A stretch of 64,000 nt of DNA from Octopus vulgaris (Eukaryota). This document shows, in pieces, positions 1-12,898 of this stretch; the first letter of the stretch is position 1, and each line of letters opens with the position of its first letter. Below the pieces are notes generated by a model. The model was not told the DNA's origin. It saw nothing but the letters and a program-made list of their open reading frames with translations, and did not search any database. The stretch spans positions 189,534,001-189,598,000 of the forward strand of contig OX597815.1 of the NCBI GenBank assembly GCA_951406725.2, read 5' to 3'. The position numbers and the translations under genes were made by a program.

Positions 1-108
1 CAATTAAATAAGTACCAGTTATGCACTGGAGGTCAGTGTAATCAACTTAATCCCTTTGTCCTTGTTTGTCCCATCTATGTTTAGCCCCCTGTGGTCAATA
101 AAGAAATA
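1..108 (+). mobile_element. SINE family A (tRNA-like head, Nin/Deu-like central domain), 3' end
   Basis: Matches the 3' part of the full copies (aagtaccag...cttaatccc...gtccttgtttgtcc...aataaagaaata). Confidence 0.75.
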
Positions 109-504
109 AAAACCTTGCTGAAGACAAGACTGAAGAGATTCCTTTCTAGAGCTTGTAACACGAAACTAAGCAGCCAGTACCCTGAAAAAGGATCAGAGAT
201 AAAAATGGCTTCTAACTGGAGAAACCATGCAAAAACAAAAATGGATGGTATGAGAACAAGTCCCCTACCAGATGGTCCTTGGCCTATCTAGGGTATCAAT
301 AACTCCAAAGAATATGAATAAGGCTGAGATAATCTATCCTTTTTATAGAAGCATAAAAATCAGACATACAAATGATGAAGATCTATAATGGAGATCTATA
401 ATGGAGAGAGAGAGAATTTGTGATTGAAGGATACTCTGAGATAGTTCTTTTTAGTTTTGGCACAAATCCAACAATCTTTAAGTAGAGGAGGATGTTGGTT
501 GCAT

Positions 505-1181
505 TTATTTCTTTATTGCCCACAGCACGCTAAATATAGAGGGAACAAACAAGGACAGAGAAAGGAATTAAGTCGATTACATCGACCCCAGTGCATAAAT
601 GGTACTTATTTATTCGACTATGAAAGGATGAAAGGCAAAGTTGACTTTGGTGGAATTTGAACGTAACACCAGACGAAATACCGCTAAGCATTTTGTCCAG
701 CATGCTAATGTTTCTGCCATCTTGCTATCCTTCACATTCTAAATAATATTTTCTACTTGAGGCACAAGGCCCAAAATTTTGTGGGAGGGGGTCAGTCGAT
801 TAGAGTAACCTCAGTATGCAACAGGCACTTAATTTATCGATCCCCAAAAGGATGAAAGGCAAAGTCAAGGCAGAATTTGAACTCAGAACGTAAAGACAGA
901 CAAAATGCAGTTAAGAATTTCGATTGGCATGCTAATGTTTCTGCCAGCTCGCCATCTTTAATGATATTCTTTTCTACTCTAGGCACAAGGCCTACACTTT
1001 TTGGGGAGGGGCCAGTCAATTAGATCGACCCCAGTATGCAACTGGTACTTAATTCATTGATCCTGAAAGGATGTAAGGTGAAGTTGACCTCAACAGAATT
1101 TGAACTCAGAATGTAAAGACGGATGAAATACTGTTAAGCATTTCGCCCAGAATGCTAACGATTCTGTCAGCTGGCTGCCTT
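505..1181 (-). mobile_element. Three adjacent SINE family A copies (about 505-727, 743-957, 961-1181)
   Basis: Each carries (gaa)aggatgaaaggcaaagt..gac..gaatttgaac...aatgtttctgcca; two different 3' tails are used. Confidence 0.8.
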
Positions 1182-1416
1182 TGTGTATGATAAATGATTA
1201 ATAATATTATGTTAGGCATTTTCTAAATCATAAAAGATAAGTGTTTAGGATTTAAATGAAGAGAGAAATATTAATGCATAGTTTTTTTGTTTTTTTTTAA
1301 ATAAACCTTAGTGCTTTATAAATACTTATCTTCATCAGCAATGAAAATAAAATAGAATAAAATAAAATAAAATAAAATATGATAAATAGTGAGAAAAAAT
1401 TGAATTGACCAAAACT

Positions 1417-1900
1417 CATCACCGTCATCATCATCATCATCATCATCGTTTAACGTCCGTTTTCCATGCTAGCATGGGTTGGACGGTTCGACCAGGGTCT
1501 GAGAAGCCAGGAGGCAGCATCAGGCTCCAGTCTGATCTGGCAGGGTTTCTACAGCTGGATGCCCTTCCTAACGCCAACCACTCTGCGAGTGTAGTGGGTG
1601 CTTTTTACGTGCCACCGGCACAGGGGCCAGACGAGGCTGGCAACAGCCACGTTCTGTTGGTGCTTTTTACATGCACTCAGCATGGAAGCCTGTCAAGGCG
1701 GCACTGGCATAGGCCATGTTCAGATGGTGCTTTTTATGTGCCACCGGCACGGGTATCACAACTACAATTCCCATTTGATTTTTATTTTGATGTTGATGTA
1801 CTTGACTCAATAGGTCTCCTCAATCACAGCAGGTTGCCCTACGATCCAAGGTAAGTGCAGCAAGTTGCCCTACGATCCAAGGTAAGCACAGCAGGTCATC
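1417..1900 (-). mobile_element. RTE LINE 3' UTR fragment (family C), 3 minisatellite units
   Basis: (CAT)n tail followed by cgtttaacgtccgttttccatgctagcatggg...ctggatgcccttcctaacgccaaccac, as in the copy at 62316 that retains the RTE ORF end. Confidence 0.75.
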
Positions 1901-1984
1901 CTAGGAGTTGAGAAAATAAAAGGATGACACTATTTTAAGACATTCTATTATTTTTAACAGTCTTTTGGTGATTGCGATGATCAC

Positions 1985-2268
1985 TTCTCCTTTACTTGTT
2001 TCAGTCCTTAGACTGTGGCCATGCTGGGGCACTACCTTGAAGAATTCTAGTCAAATGAATCAACCCCAGTACTTAATTATTTTTAAGTTTGGTACTTTTC
2101 TGTTGGTCTCTTTTGCTAATCTAATGAGTGACAGGAATGTAAACACACCAACACCGGTTGCCAAGCAGTGGTGGGGGACAAACACAGATGCAAAGACACA
2201 AACACGTAGATATGTATAGGTACATATACATGACAAGCTTCATTCAGTTTCTGTCTACCAAATCCATT
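1985..2268 (-). mobile_element. SINE family B, diverged and truncated
   Basis: tttacttgtttcagtc...gtggccatgctgg...gggacaaacacaga...tctaccaaatcca. Confidence 0.65.
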
Positions 2269-2287
2269 GAGGTGGTGGTAGTGGTAA

Positions 2288-2320
<33 letters not shown>

Positions 2321-2482
2321 CAGCAGTAGTTGTTGCTGCTACAGTTGTTGTTGTTGTTATTGTTGTGTTGGTGGTAATGTTGGTGTTAGTAGTAGTAGTA
2401 GTTGTAGTAGTCGTTGTCGTAGTAGTAGTAGTAGTAGTAGTAGTTGTGGCAGCAGCAGCAGTAGTAGTTGCAGTAGGTAGCG

Positions 2483-2519
<37 letters not shown>

Positions 2520-2540
2520 TAGCAGCAGCAGCAGTAATAT

Positions 2541-2594
<54 letters not shown>

Positions 2595-2608
2595 AGGGAA
2601 GTAGTGGG

Positions 2609-2649
<41 letters not shown>

Positions 2650-2682
2650 TAGTAGTTAGTAGCAGTAGTGGTGGCGGTGGTG
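2268..2682. repeat. Compound trinucleotide microsatellite (GTA/GCA/GTT/GTG)n
   Basis: Directly visible; produces poly-V/S/T/L pseudo-ORFs. Confidence 0.95.
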
Positions 2683-3044
2683 GGCCAGATATTGTTGTCA
2701 TGGACCAGCATGTAAGGAAGTGCCTCATCCCTCTCCGTATCAATCCCAACAGATGATAAAATGATATCACATTTCTGCAAGCAATGTAGAAGTGATCCAA
2801 ATATAAGAATCTGGAAATAGAGATGGAAATAGAGACAATCAGAATATGTGGGGACCAAAAATGGAAACAATCTTTATAATAATAATAATAATGATGGAGG
2901 AAAATAAAAGGCGCCTGGAGAATGGTTAAAAAGAACCATTGCTGACAAAAACATAATCAAAATTCTAAGAATTTTACATAACATAAAAAATAGTCTTCTG
3001 TGTATTACATAACATAAAAAATAGTCTTCTGTGTATTACATATT

Positions 3045-3945
3045 CATCATCATCATCATCATTGTTTAACGTCCGTTTTCCATGCTGGCATGGGTTGGAT
3101 GGTTTGACTGGGATCTGGGAAGCCACGAGGCCGCACCAGGCCCCAATCTGATCTGGCAGTGTTTCTACAGCTGGATGCTTTTTCCTAACGCCAACCACTC
3201 TATGAGTGTAGTGGGTGCTTTTTACGTGCCACCGGCACAAGGGCCAGAGGAGTTGGCATCGACCATGATCGGATGGTGCTTTTTACGTGCCACTGGCATG
3301 GAAGCCGGTCAAAGCGGCACTGGCATTGGCCATGTTCGGATGATGCTTTTTACGTGCCACCGGCATGGAAGCCAGTCAAAGCGGCACTGGCATTGGCCAC
3401 GTTTGGATGGTGCTTTTCACATGCCACCGGCACAGGGGGCAGAGGAGTTGGCATCGACCACGTTCGGATGGTGCTTTTTACGTGCCACCGGCATGGAAGC
3501 CAGTCAAAGCAGCACTGGCATCGGCCACGTTCAGATGGTGCTTTTTACGTGCCACCAACTCGGAAGCCAGTCAAAGCGGCACTGTTGTCAGCCATGTTCG
3601 GATGGTGCTTTTTACGTGCCACCGGCATGGAAGCCAGTCAAAGCGACACTGGCATTGGCCAAGTTTGGATGGTGCTTTTCACGTGCCACCAGCACAGGGG
3701 CCAGAGGAGTTGGCATCGACTATGATCGGATGTTGCTTTTTACGTGCCACCAGCACGGAAGCCAGTCAAAACATCTCTGGCATCGGCCATGTTCGGATGG
3801 TGCTTTTTACGCGCTACCAGCACAGGGCTCACAACTACAATTTCCATTTGATTTGATTTTGATAATGCTGATGTTGATGTACTTGACTTAATAGGTCTCC
3901 TCAACCACAACATGTTGCCCTATGATCCAAGGTACTTTTGAGTAA
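3045..3945 (-). mobile_element. RTE LINE 3' UTR fragment (family C) with 10-unit 61/67-bp minisatellite
   Basis: (CAT)n tail and family C body; ten copies of ggtgctttttacgtgccaccggca between about 3214 and 3825. Confidence 0.8.
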
Positions 3946-4067
3946 GCTGGTTATTATATAGAATATTTTGAATGCAATTAAAAATGCAAAAGCCTTAACA
4001 AATCTTATGTACACAAAGCTTATCCAGCAGTGCTCTATTATGCAATAAAAATAAGGGTAATGGAACA

Positions 4068-4737
4068 ATCCTATCTACTGTAGACACAAAGCCTGAAATT
4101 TGGGGAGAGAGATAATTAAATACATTGATCCCAGTGTTTCACTGGTACTTAATTTATTGACCTTGAAAGGATGAAAGGTAAAGTTGACTTCAGTGAAATT
4201 TGAACTCAGATTGTAGTGACAGGTGAAATACCACTATGCATTTCATCCAGTGTGCTAACGATTCTGCCAGCTCGTTGCCTTCATAATAATAATAACAACA
4301 ATAATAATAATAATAATAATAATAATATTCTTTTCTACTAAAGGCACAAGGCCTGAAATTTTGGGGGAGGGGTATAATCGATTACATCGACCCCAGTGAA
4401 ACGGTGGCATTTGAACTCAGAACATAGCTCGGGGTACTGGAAGAATAACAAGGATGATGATGATGATAATTTTCAGGTTGCTGATATCATGATCATCATC
4501 ACAATAATCATAATATTAATCGTTTCATATTTTGACAGAAGGCCAGCAATTTTGGGGAAGGGGCGGGCAAGACGATTACATTGACCCCGGTGCTTAAATG
4601 GTACTTGTTTCATCAACCCTGAAAACGATGAAAAGCAAAGTCGACCTCTGCAGTATTTGAAATCAGAATGTAAAAACAGATGAAATACCACCGAATATTT
4701 TGGTCGGCATGCTAAAAATTCTACCAGCTTGACACCT
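4068..4737 (-). mobile_element. Three SINE family A copies (about 4068-4281, 4327-4428 internally deleted, 4520-4737)
   Basis: Family A motifs separated by (AAT)n and (GAT)n tracts. Confidence 0.7.
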
Positions 4738-4740
4738 TGA

Positions 4741-5258
4741 CCCATTGCCTGCCATGAGCCCCATTTGGGAATCTGCTAAAAACAGTCTCACTGTCAGTTG
4801 TTCATTGTATTTAAAGTGAATTGCTTATATACATGGCATTTGCAGAGGTGAGTTTAACAATATTTAGTAGTTAAAGTTGGTCATTATTAGCTTTGGCTGA
4901 TTCTAGAGGACATTTTATGTCATAAATCGCAATTTTTGAACTACAAAAATACTGACTGTTTTGAAAATGATTTTTTTTTTTTTTGCATTTCCCATTTCTA
5001 TCATTCATTGATATTTCATATACATTCACATTTGAAATTATAGTTACAAAATAACTAAAATGTTTATTTTAGCAATTGAATAGAAAAGGATAAATATGTT
5101 TTTTCTCAGCAATCCCCATTTGGGACTTTTTGAAAAATTTATCATAATTTCCAAAATAATTCACACATGAGGAAAATTTAAATACTATGTATTATTTTAA
5201 CGCTTAAAACACCAGGTAAAGTAAAAAATATGAATAAAAAAATTTGGCAGTTAATGGG
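4741..5258. mobile_element. piggyBac-type MITE
   Basis: ttga|cccattgcctgcca ... tggcagttaatggg|ttaa: 12/14 TIR match, CCC/GGG ends, TTAA-like target (left copy TTGA). Confidence 0.65.
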
Positions 5259-5401
5259 TTAATCATGATAATAATAATTTTTTCTACTATAGGTACAAGG
5301 CCCGAAATTCTGGTGGGGAGAGGGATAGACCCCAGTGCTTGATTGGTTCTTATTTCATCAGCCCCAAAAGGATGAAAGGCCCCCTTCCCCAAAATTACAA
5401 G

Positions 5402-5640
5402 AGTACATTATTTACAATTGATGGATATTTGTTCTCTTCTTGTTTATTGTTAACGCAGCGTTTTGGCTGATATACCCTCCAGCCTTCATCAGGTGTCTTG
5501 GGGAAATTTCAAACCTGGGTTCTCATTCCTAAGGTATTTTTCGATGTTGTTATTATTATTATTATTATTATTCAGGTCACTGCCTTGAATTGAACTTGGA
5601 ATCTTGGGGGTAGTAACCCAGCTCTTAACCACTACACAAT
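5402..5640 (-). mobile_element. tRNA-headed hammerhead-bearing element (family H), short inverted arm
   Basis: Reverse strand reads tRNA-like head, (AAT)n, then gacac-CTGATGA-aggctg...cagcc-aaaacgctgcgtt; head-to-head with the + copy at 5642. Confidence 0.75.
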
Positions 5641-5705
5641 ATGCTGTAGTGGTTAAGAGTGTGGGCTACTAACCCCAAGATTCAGAGTTTGATTCCAGGC
5701 AGTCA

Positions 5706-5757
<52 letters not shown>

Positions 5758-5758
<1 letters not shown>

Positions 5759-6173
5759 GACCAGATATAGTTGTCAGAGATCATGAAGAAAAAAAATGCT
5801 TTCTAATTGATGTATCAATACCGGCAGATGACAACATGTCTCTAAAAGAAATGGAGAAACTCTCAAAATACAAAGACCTGGAAATAGAGGTAACTAGAAT
5901 GTGGAATCTGAAAACAGAAACAATTCCTATCATAGTAGGTGCATTAGGCATGATAAAAAAATATTCAGACAAATACATAACAAAAACACCAGGACTTACA
6001 AACACATATAACATACAGAAAATTGCACTATTAGGCACTGCACACATCCTACGCAGAACACTTTCCATACAATAACCATCAGAGCATCACAACAAATCAC
6101 AGCACATACCCAAGGCACACAGAGCTGCGCTCGGTAGTGAAGTGAAAGCACGCTATAAAAATAAAACTACTGA
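5758..6173 (+). pseudogene. R4/Dong-like non-LTR retrotransposon 3' fragment (restriction-like endonuclease domain)
   Basis: RPDIVV...FLIDVSIP...KLSKYKDL...IPIIVGALG...QKIALLGTAHILR (PD..D..K RLE motif); short 3' UTR; flanked by (AAT)n. Confidence 0.85.
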
Positions 6174-6196
6174 ATAATAATAATAATAATAATAAT

Positions 6197-6894
<698 letters not shown>

Positions 6895-6951
6895 AAAAAT
6901 AACATCGAAAACTATCTTAGCAATAAGAACCCAGGGTTGAAATTTCCCTAA

Positions 6952-6994
6952 GACACCTGATGAATGCTGGAGGGTATATCAGCCAAAACGTGTT
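6952..6994 (+). ncRNA. Minimal type I hammerhead ribozyme relic
   Basis: gacac CTGATGA a(t)gctg-loop-cagcc AAAAC gtgtt; GAAA is mutated in this copy but present in the copy at 63222-63265. Confidence 0.55.
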
Positions 6995-7110
6995 AACAAC
7001 AAATAAGATGAGAACAAATAATCGTCAAATGTAAATAATGTAAATAATGTACATAACTCTCATCTCTTAAATATAGAACTAGAAAAGAGTATTGATATAT
7101 AGATAGATAT

Positions 7111-7257
7111 GTGTATGTATCATTTTCTGTCTACCAAATCCACTTACAAGGTTTTTATTGGCCTGGAACTATGGTAGAAGACACTTGCCCAAGGTACCAT
7201 GCAATGGCACTGAACCCAGAACTATGTGGTTGGGAAGCAGACTTCTTACCACACTGT
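7111..7257 (-). mobile_element. SINE family B, 5' half
   Basis: gtagaagacacttgcccaagg...ctgaaccc...gtggttggg...cttaccacac. Confidence 0.7.
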
Positions 7258-8399
7258 CATTGGATTTTTATGTCCATTTTCCCTCAAGGTGAAACTATTA
7301 ACAGTAATATATTGGGGCACATAAGTTTGCATTCTGCAGCCAAAAGATCATTTGGCTAATTAAAAGAACTGATATTTATACTCCAGGTGATTTATTTGTA
7401 AAGCAAACATTCCCCCAAGAAACTAAAGTATAGTCCTTGCTTGGGTGTTGTCATGTGCCCTAGTTTCACAAAATTATTTAATCACTTGTATTTTTCACAT
7501 TAATGTAATCAACAAGATAGAAAAATACTACATGTAATGTCTCCACAAGCCAGCATTTCAGTCTCCCATTTATAGATTTTGTAATTTATACTTTGCTTAT
7601 AACATAAGAGAAAATAAGAAATATTCAAGTGTACTTAGTTGAAGAAAGAAATTGATAGGCAAGCAAATGGCTTGTCAAAATGTTTCCAAATATTTTTGAT
7701 ATAAATATTATATTACTGTATTTTTTTTTTAATACATAGATATAAACAGAATTTTTGGTTTAGAAAATGAAATTTATTATCTCTCCTCCTTACCATTTAA
7801 ATCTCATAATAGCATGGCATATTTTTATTGTCATCCTGGCATTTGTAATTTATAGAGCTACCTTTATTTCTTAGCAATCCAAGCTTGGATATGTTAAATC
7901 TTTTTTTTTTTTTTGTATCAACATCAGATACATATGCTGTGAGATATATCCTTGAAAATATTGTCATATTAACTGTGACAGATATATTTTAAATTTTAAG
8001 GAAAATTAAACTTCTCTAAAAGCAGATTTAATTTTAAAGAAGTTCTCATGATTTTCACCACTCTGTAAAAGTGATGTGTTTTTGCTTTTTTTGAAGCTTA
8101 ACTATATTTTTATCTTAGCAATTCCAACAAGGATATACTTTATACTTTTCTGATGTCTTTTGTTCCATTATTTTTGATTACTAGAAGCAATGACATGTCA
8201 CAACCATACTATCTCTTTGTTATCAAAATACTTAAAGAAGTACCGAAGACCATCAAGGTAGATATTGTGTATAATGTCATAAGTGTCTATCAAATCTCAA
8301 TACCTTTAAAAATAAAAGGTATTTTTCTTTAGAGGAATATTCAGGTGGAGTTGTAGCAACATAAATAGCTAATGCATTATATTTGTATCTTCAATATAG

Positions 8400-9500
8400 C
8401 TGTTCTCTCTGAAATCTCTATAGAATGTAGTTTCCTGGTGAGTATAATCTTATATTGTACGATCTAATTTACAGGATGTTCGTCCTGTAATTATGGTATT
8501 TCATCATAATGATAGTATTATGAATGGATCACTGCCAGTAATACATTGACTTATTTTTTTATTATTATTTTCGGTCCTTTTTCGATTTTCACTAGCCAGT
8601 CTTTCATTCTAGGAATCAAAGGAATGGTCGTTTTTATGACATGGTTTCACACATTATAAAAGCTTCTTTTAATGTTTTCTGTGGCAAATATTTTCTACTG
8701 TAATGTTCTGTTGCATTTAACTATCATGACAAAATAGTATATTAACTAGCTTCATTGAAAAGCATCAGGGAATTTCCTTTCTGCATGAAGATTCATGTTC
8801 GGTAACAGAATCAAATCAACATTTTTCATATGTCCTCACAATTTGTTGTTTTCGAAACTACATTCTTCTTACTGATCAGAATGCATCTAAAAATTGAGGG
8901 GTTTTTTTCCTTTATAAATATGGGAAATTGTATTAAAGATTTTAGCTTTCATTCTTTCATTCAATATTCAGGTTATATTTGGATGTTTCATAAAATATTA
9001 TTACATGGTTTTTTTCCCCCCATACTGTGGTATCATCTAAACAAGAGGACATTTGCATTTATGATGTTTCAGTGTTATTGAATGTATGCCTTTAATGCTG
9101 GATCAGAAATAACTGTTTGTATATTTGAACAAATCTTTTATAAACATTTCAACTATCACTTTTCTGGTAAATTCTAGGATAATCAGTCAGTTTAAAGTGT
9201 TAACAATTATGGCACTATAGTAGTTTACCTTAAAAATTTAAACTGGGTAATGGAAATAAAAATATGTAAAGAATGATATAAGTAGCAAACTTCATCAAAA
9301 TGCTGAATCCATTTTCATAAGGTTTCATGTTACCCTCATTCAAGGAAATGAAAATTCTCTGACTCCTCCATCTATGGATTTATAAAGCTTTCTTCAGATA
9401 TCTCCAAAATAATGAAAGCCTTTGTCAACAAACACATCGCATTCATATTCCTCCACAATCACCATCATTATAAATTTAAGAATCAAAATTAACTTGTAAT
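8400..9500 (-). pseudogene. Highly degraded LINE reverse-transcriptase region
   Basis: Only residual motif-like text on the minus strand (e.g. gatatctgaagaaagcttt, D.KKAF-like); many stops. Confidence 0.25.
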
Positions 9501-9602
9501 CCACTTTTATAACCACATTTAAAAATATCTTTGGAAAATGAATACTTAAGATAAAAGTAGCAACAAAACCATATAATTTCAGCTTTACTGCTCCTATTTA
9601 TA

Positions 9603-9997
9603 TCTTTATATATAAAAGTGAAGTTGTGTGTCTGTCTCCTACGATTTAGATTCCTAACTACTCCCACATTTTGCTGTGCAGTGTAACCAAAAGCAGGTAT
9701 CTTATAGTCATGATTCATATCGAGCCCTTCTGGGTATTAGCACGCGTCTACGATGAGTCTACGATTTTAAAAAAATTTACCATCATTTTTCCCCATTTTA
9801 AATGCATTTTTTTTGCTATTATATAAGGGAAGTAACTCTCTAAAAATGTATTATTAAATCTCAGAACGTAAAAAGCTACAGTAACACCCACCTTTGTGGT
9901 TAGCCATATTGAGATGGCTATTATACTTTACATCTCTAAAAATGCTTATATAGTTATTTCCCTTACAAACCCGAGCAACGCCGGGCGATACTGCTAG
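9603..9997 (+). mobile_element. Non-autonomous Helitron
   Basis: A|TC 5' end (tctttatatataaaagtgaagttgt), subterminal hairpin cccgagcaacgccggg, CTAG|T 3' end, no TSD. Confidence 0.85.
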
Positions 9998-10545
9998 TCT
10001 TCTATAACTAATAAAATAAAGATAATATTTATCGTTATGTTTAGCAATGAAAATGATAGGCCACACGTTGATTTGAATCAATTTATCTTTGCTAATGTTG
10101 GATATTTTTCTGATTAGTAATTTACCACAGAGTTATGTGCTTTAATTGCTCAGATGAGGGATCCATGTGTGTGTTTACATTCTTTCAACATAGCATAGAC
10201 ATCAAACCAGTTGAGGACATCTCAGATAATACATACATTATCTGAAAATAAAATGGGATAGTCAGGGTTGGAAATTTTTGATTATAAGTATACTTGACTT
10301 CATCAAAGATGGCATTGGCTAAACAATCACAACCACAATAAAAAAAAAAAAAGAAACTGACATCCCATGTTGATTTAGGTATGTTTACAAGTAAAGGAGT
10401 CCATACAGACCTTCCAGTTTATATGATAAACAAACATTTAGTTGTCAATAACAATATCTGTCAAAATCCCACATTTCCCATTCAACAGATTACTTTATCT
10501 TTGACTGTAAGATAAATTAGTTTTAAGCAATCAAAGCAGGTATTG

Positions 10546-10574
10546 AACCCAAACCCAAACCCAAACCCAAACCT
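10546..10574. repeat. (AACCCA)n hexamer microsatellite
   Basis: aacccaaacccaaacccaaacccaaacc. Confidence 0.85.
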
Positions 10575-12282
10575 CAAAACACATGTACAGCATTTCACAA
10601 CATAACATCAAAAAGTTTGTCTAAAGCAGAACAGCAAAGAAATTCTATTGGAAAATAGTAAAACAACAATTTAATGAAAAATATCTTGATAATCTCTTTG
10701 AGATTGAGGAAACAAGATCTATAAATCTTTAAGATGTTTTTGAAAGATATTTTTTTTTCAAGTAACCTCCATCTTGAAATCAAAACTGAACAGGTTCTGA
10801 TGTAAAAATAAAAGGCTCAGAAGCTTTTAATATTGTATTTGCCTCCAGAAATTCTAGAGAATGGAGCTTTTAAAATCAATATTATTCAAAAGGTAGCTCG
10901 AATATTCAAATAAAGATTTATAAATGCTGTATTTACATCTTAAAAGGGTTTTCTGAAACTAATATATCATTTATAACAAAGATCTTTAGAAAACTGTTTA
11001 TTTACTTCCAGAGTGACAGTTATTAATTGGCTTAATTATAATCAGTCTAATGATGGATTAGCTGATAGACATGGCATAACAAGGCTAATACAACTTTTCA
11101 GAGAGCTATGTTGTGTTTTTCGTTATTCATTGAGACATATCTATTTCATATAACATTGAAGAGTAAGGAGTGGGGAGTCAAAAATGGAGATGTGATATTA
11201 TTGATAGCGTGAGAGCAAAACCTAAGGCTGGGATATTGACTTTAGTGTTACAATAATAGAAGGTTAAAAACAAAGAAGACTGTTCAAAAATACATTTTTT
11301 AATGAAAAACATTCTCAAGCAAGACAAGAAATGTTTTATTTTTTCACTAGAAATGCATAGGTCACAACCAATTTGAGATGTTGGCACATTGAACTTAGAA
11401 GGCAGTACAATGTTGGGATTAGAAAAGATATAATGAATTAAGTGTCTAAATGTCTGAGAAGAGTTATTATGAATACTGATATCGTTTTTGATTATTAATC
11501 TCATCATTGGAAAATTGGAAAGGAAAATTTTTTTATTTTTTTAATATGTACATATTGAGAAATACATGATCTGATAACGTTTGGAAATGTAGAATAAATG
11601 CAAATATTGGGAGGGGAAATTCAGCTCTAAAGTCATGGTTAATTATCTGAAAATGTATAATTGTATAATAAATTAAATTAAATGATAGATTGGCAGAATT
11701 ATTAAACAATTGGACGAAATAATTGTGATATTTAGCTTTGACCCTTTATGTTCGCTTTCACTAATGTCAACTCTACATTTGATCTTTCCAGGGCTGATAA
11801 GATAAAGTAGCAATCAAGTACTGTGGTTGATTCGGATAATACATCATAGATATGAATGGTGTTATAATAGAAGACGACTTTTTTTAAAGGCAATAATTGA
11901 ACAAGCAGATATTAGAGATATTTCAGATGATGGCTCAAGAGAAACGACTATAAATATGTTTCAGATTAATGACATAGAAAGACACATATAAAGTTATCGG
12001 CATTTATGAATATAGATGTGATAGCTTAAGATAAAAAAGATTAAAAAAAAGAAAGAAAGAAAAAACAAACAAATAGATGGATAGAATGTTGTGTGGAAGT
12101 AGTTTTGTTTGCAGCTTGGTTTAATTGGTTACTATCAGAAATCCTCATCTGCAATTGTTAAGAAATCAATACAACTGGAGTCAGTCTTAATATGTAAGGA
12201 TAACCATACATAACAATGAGCTTATATATATATATGTATGTATATATCTATATCTATATCTACATCTATATTTATATCTATA

Positions 12283-12320
<38 letters not shown>

Positions 12321-12513
12321 TAGTTGAAGGAATTATCTTAGTATGGATAATTCGGTTAACCGATACCTGGGTAGCAAATTCACATCAGAAAACAAGGTTG
12401 AAGCTACATGCCAAGGGCAGAGATCACGTGCTTTCGTGTGGAAATTTGTGTGTTTTTTTAATACAAATAAATGAAAGAATGGAGTTGAACGACGATTTAA
12501 CAAAATTCCTTTA

Positions 12514-12596
12514 TTCTCGACATATGTTTCAAAGGCTGCATATTCCTAATTTCGAAGGAATAAAGGGTGCATTATGCCGCCTTCTCATCAGGAAAA
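12514..12596 (-). ncRNA. Type I hammerhead ribozyme (mirror copy)
   Basis: Reverse complement of 12753-12835. Confidence 0.75.
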
Positions 12597-12752
12597 ACAA
12601 GGAACTTATGTCAGCATCAAGATGAACAAAAGCTCTTAGATGACTGCCCACACGGAGCCCATAGCGATAATGGGCTCCATTATCGCTATGGGCTCCGTGT
12701 GGGCAGTCATCTAAGAGCTTTTGTTCATCTTGATGCTGACATAAGTTCCTTG

Positions 12753-12835
12753 TTTTCCTGATGAGAAGGCGGCATAATGCACCCTTTATTCCTTCGAAAT
12801 TAGGAATATGCAGCCTTTGAAACATATGTCGAGAA
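12753..12835 (+). ncRNA. Type I hammerhead ribozyme
   Basis: ttttc CTGATGA gaaggcggcata...tatgcagccttt GAAAC atat GTC gagaa; stems I and II pair, stem III is the palindrome ACATATGT, GUC triplet, AATAAA at 12834. Confidence 0.75.
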
Positions 12836-12898
12836 TAAAGGAATTTTGTTAAATCGTCGTTCAACTCCATTCTTTCATTTATTTATATATATATATAT

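Larger units (their letters stand above)
12318..12884. mobile_element. Fold-back Penelope-like terminal element with twin hammerheads, inserted in (TA)n
   Basis: Arms 12465-12673 and 12677-12884 are reverse complements (one indel seen, 3-nt spacer); the left arm extends about 145 bp further; both flanks are (TA)n. Confidence 0.8.

Noticed and set aside
2158-2870. Poly-V/S/T/L ORFs resembling mucin or membrane proteins
   Set aside because: Trinucleotide microsatellite translation.
3200-3835. CRISPR-like array (about 25-bp repeat, 36-42-bp spacers)
   Set aside because: Spacers are homologous to each other (two types), the array is inside a retrotransposon 3' UTR, no cas genes, eukaryotic context.
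3082-3891. 269-aa ORF and overlapping ORFs
   Set aside because: Read-through of the minisatellite; the same peptides recur in all three frames.
5642-5709. tRNA gene (also heads at 18715, 46715 and 56210)
   Set aside because: No complete acceptor stem or terminator seen; each continues into a repeat body, so these are SINE heads.
10546-10574. Interstitial telomere
   Set aside because: Unit is AACCCA rather than TAACCC, with only four to five copies.
12398-12870. Identical MELNDDLTKFLYSRH peptides on both strands
   Set aside because: A consequence of the DNA palindrome; antisense to the ribozyme arms.
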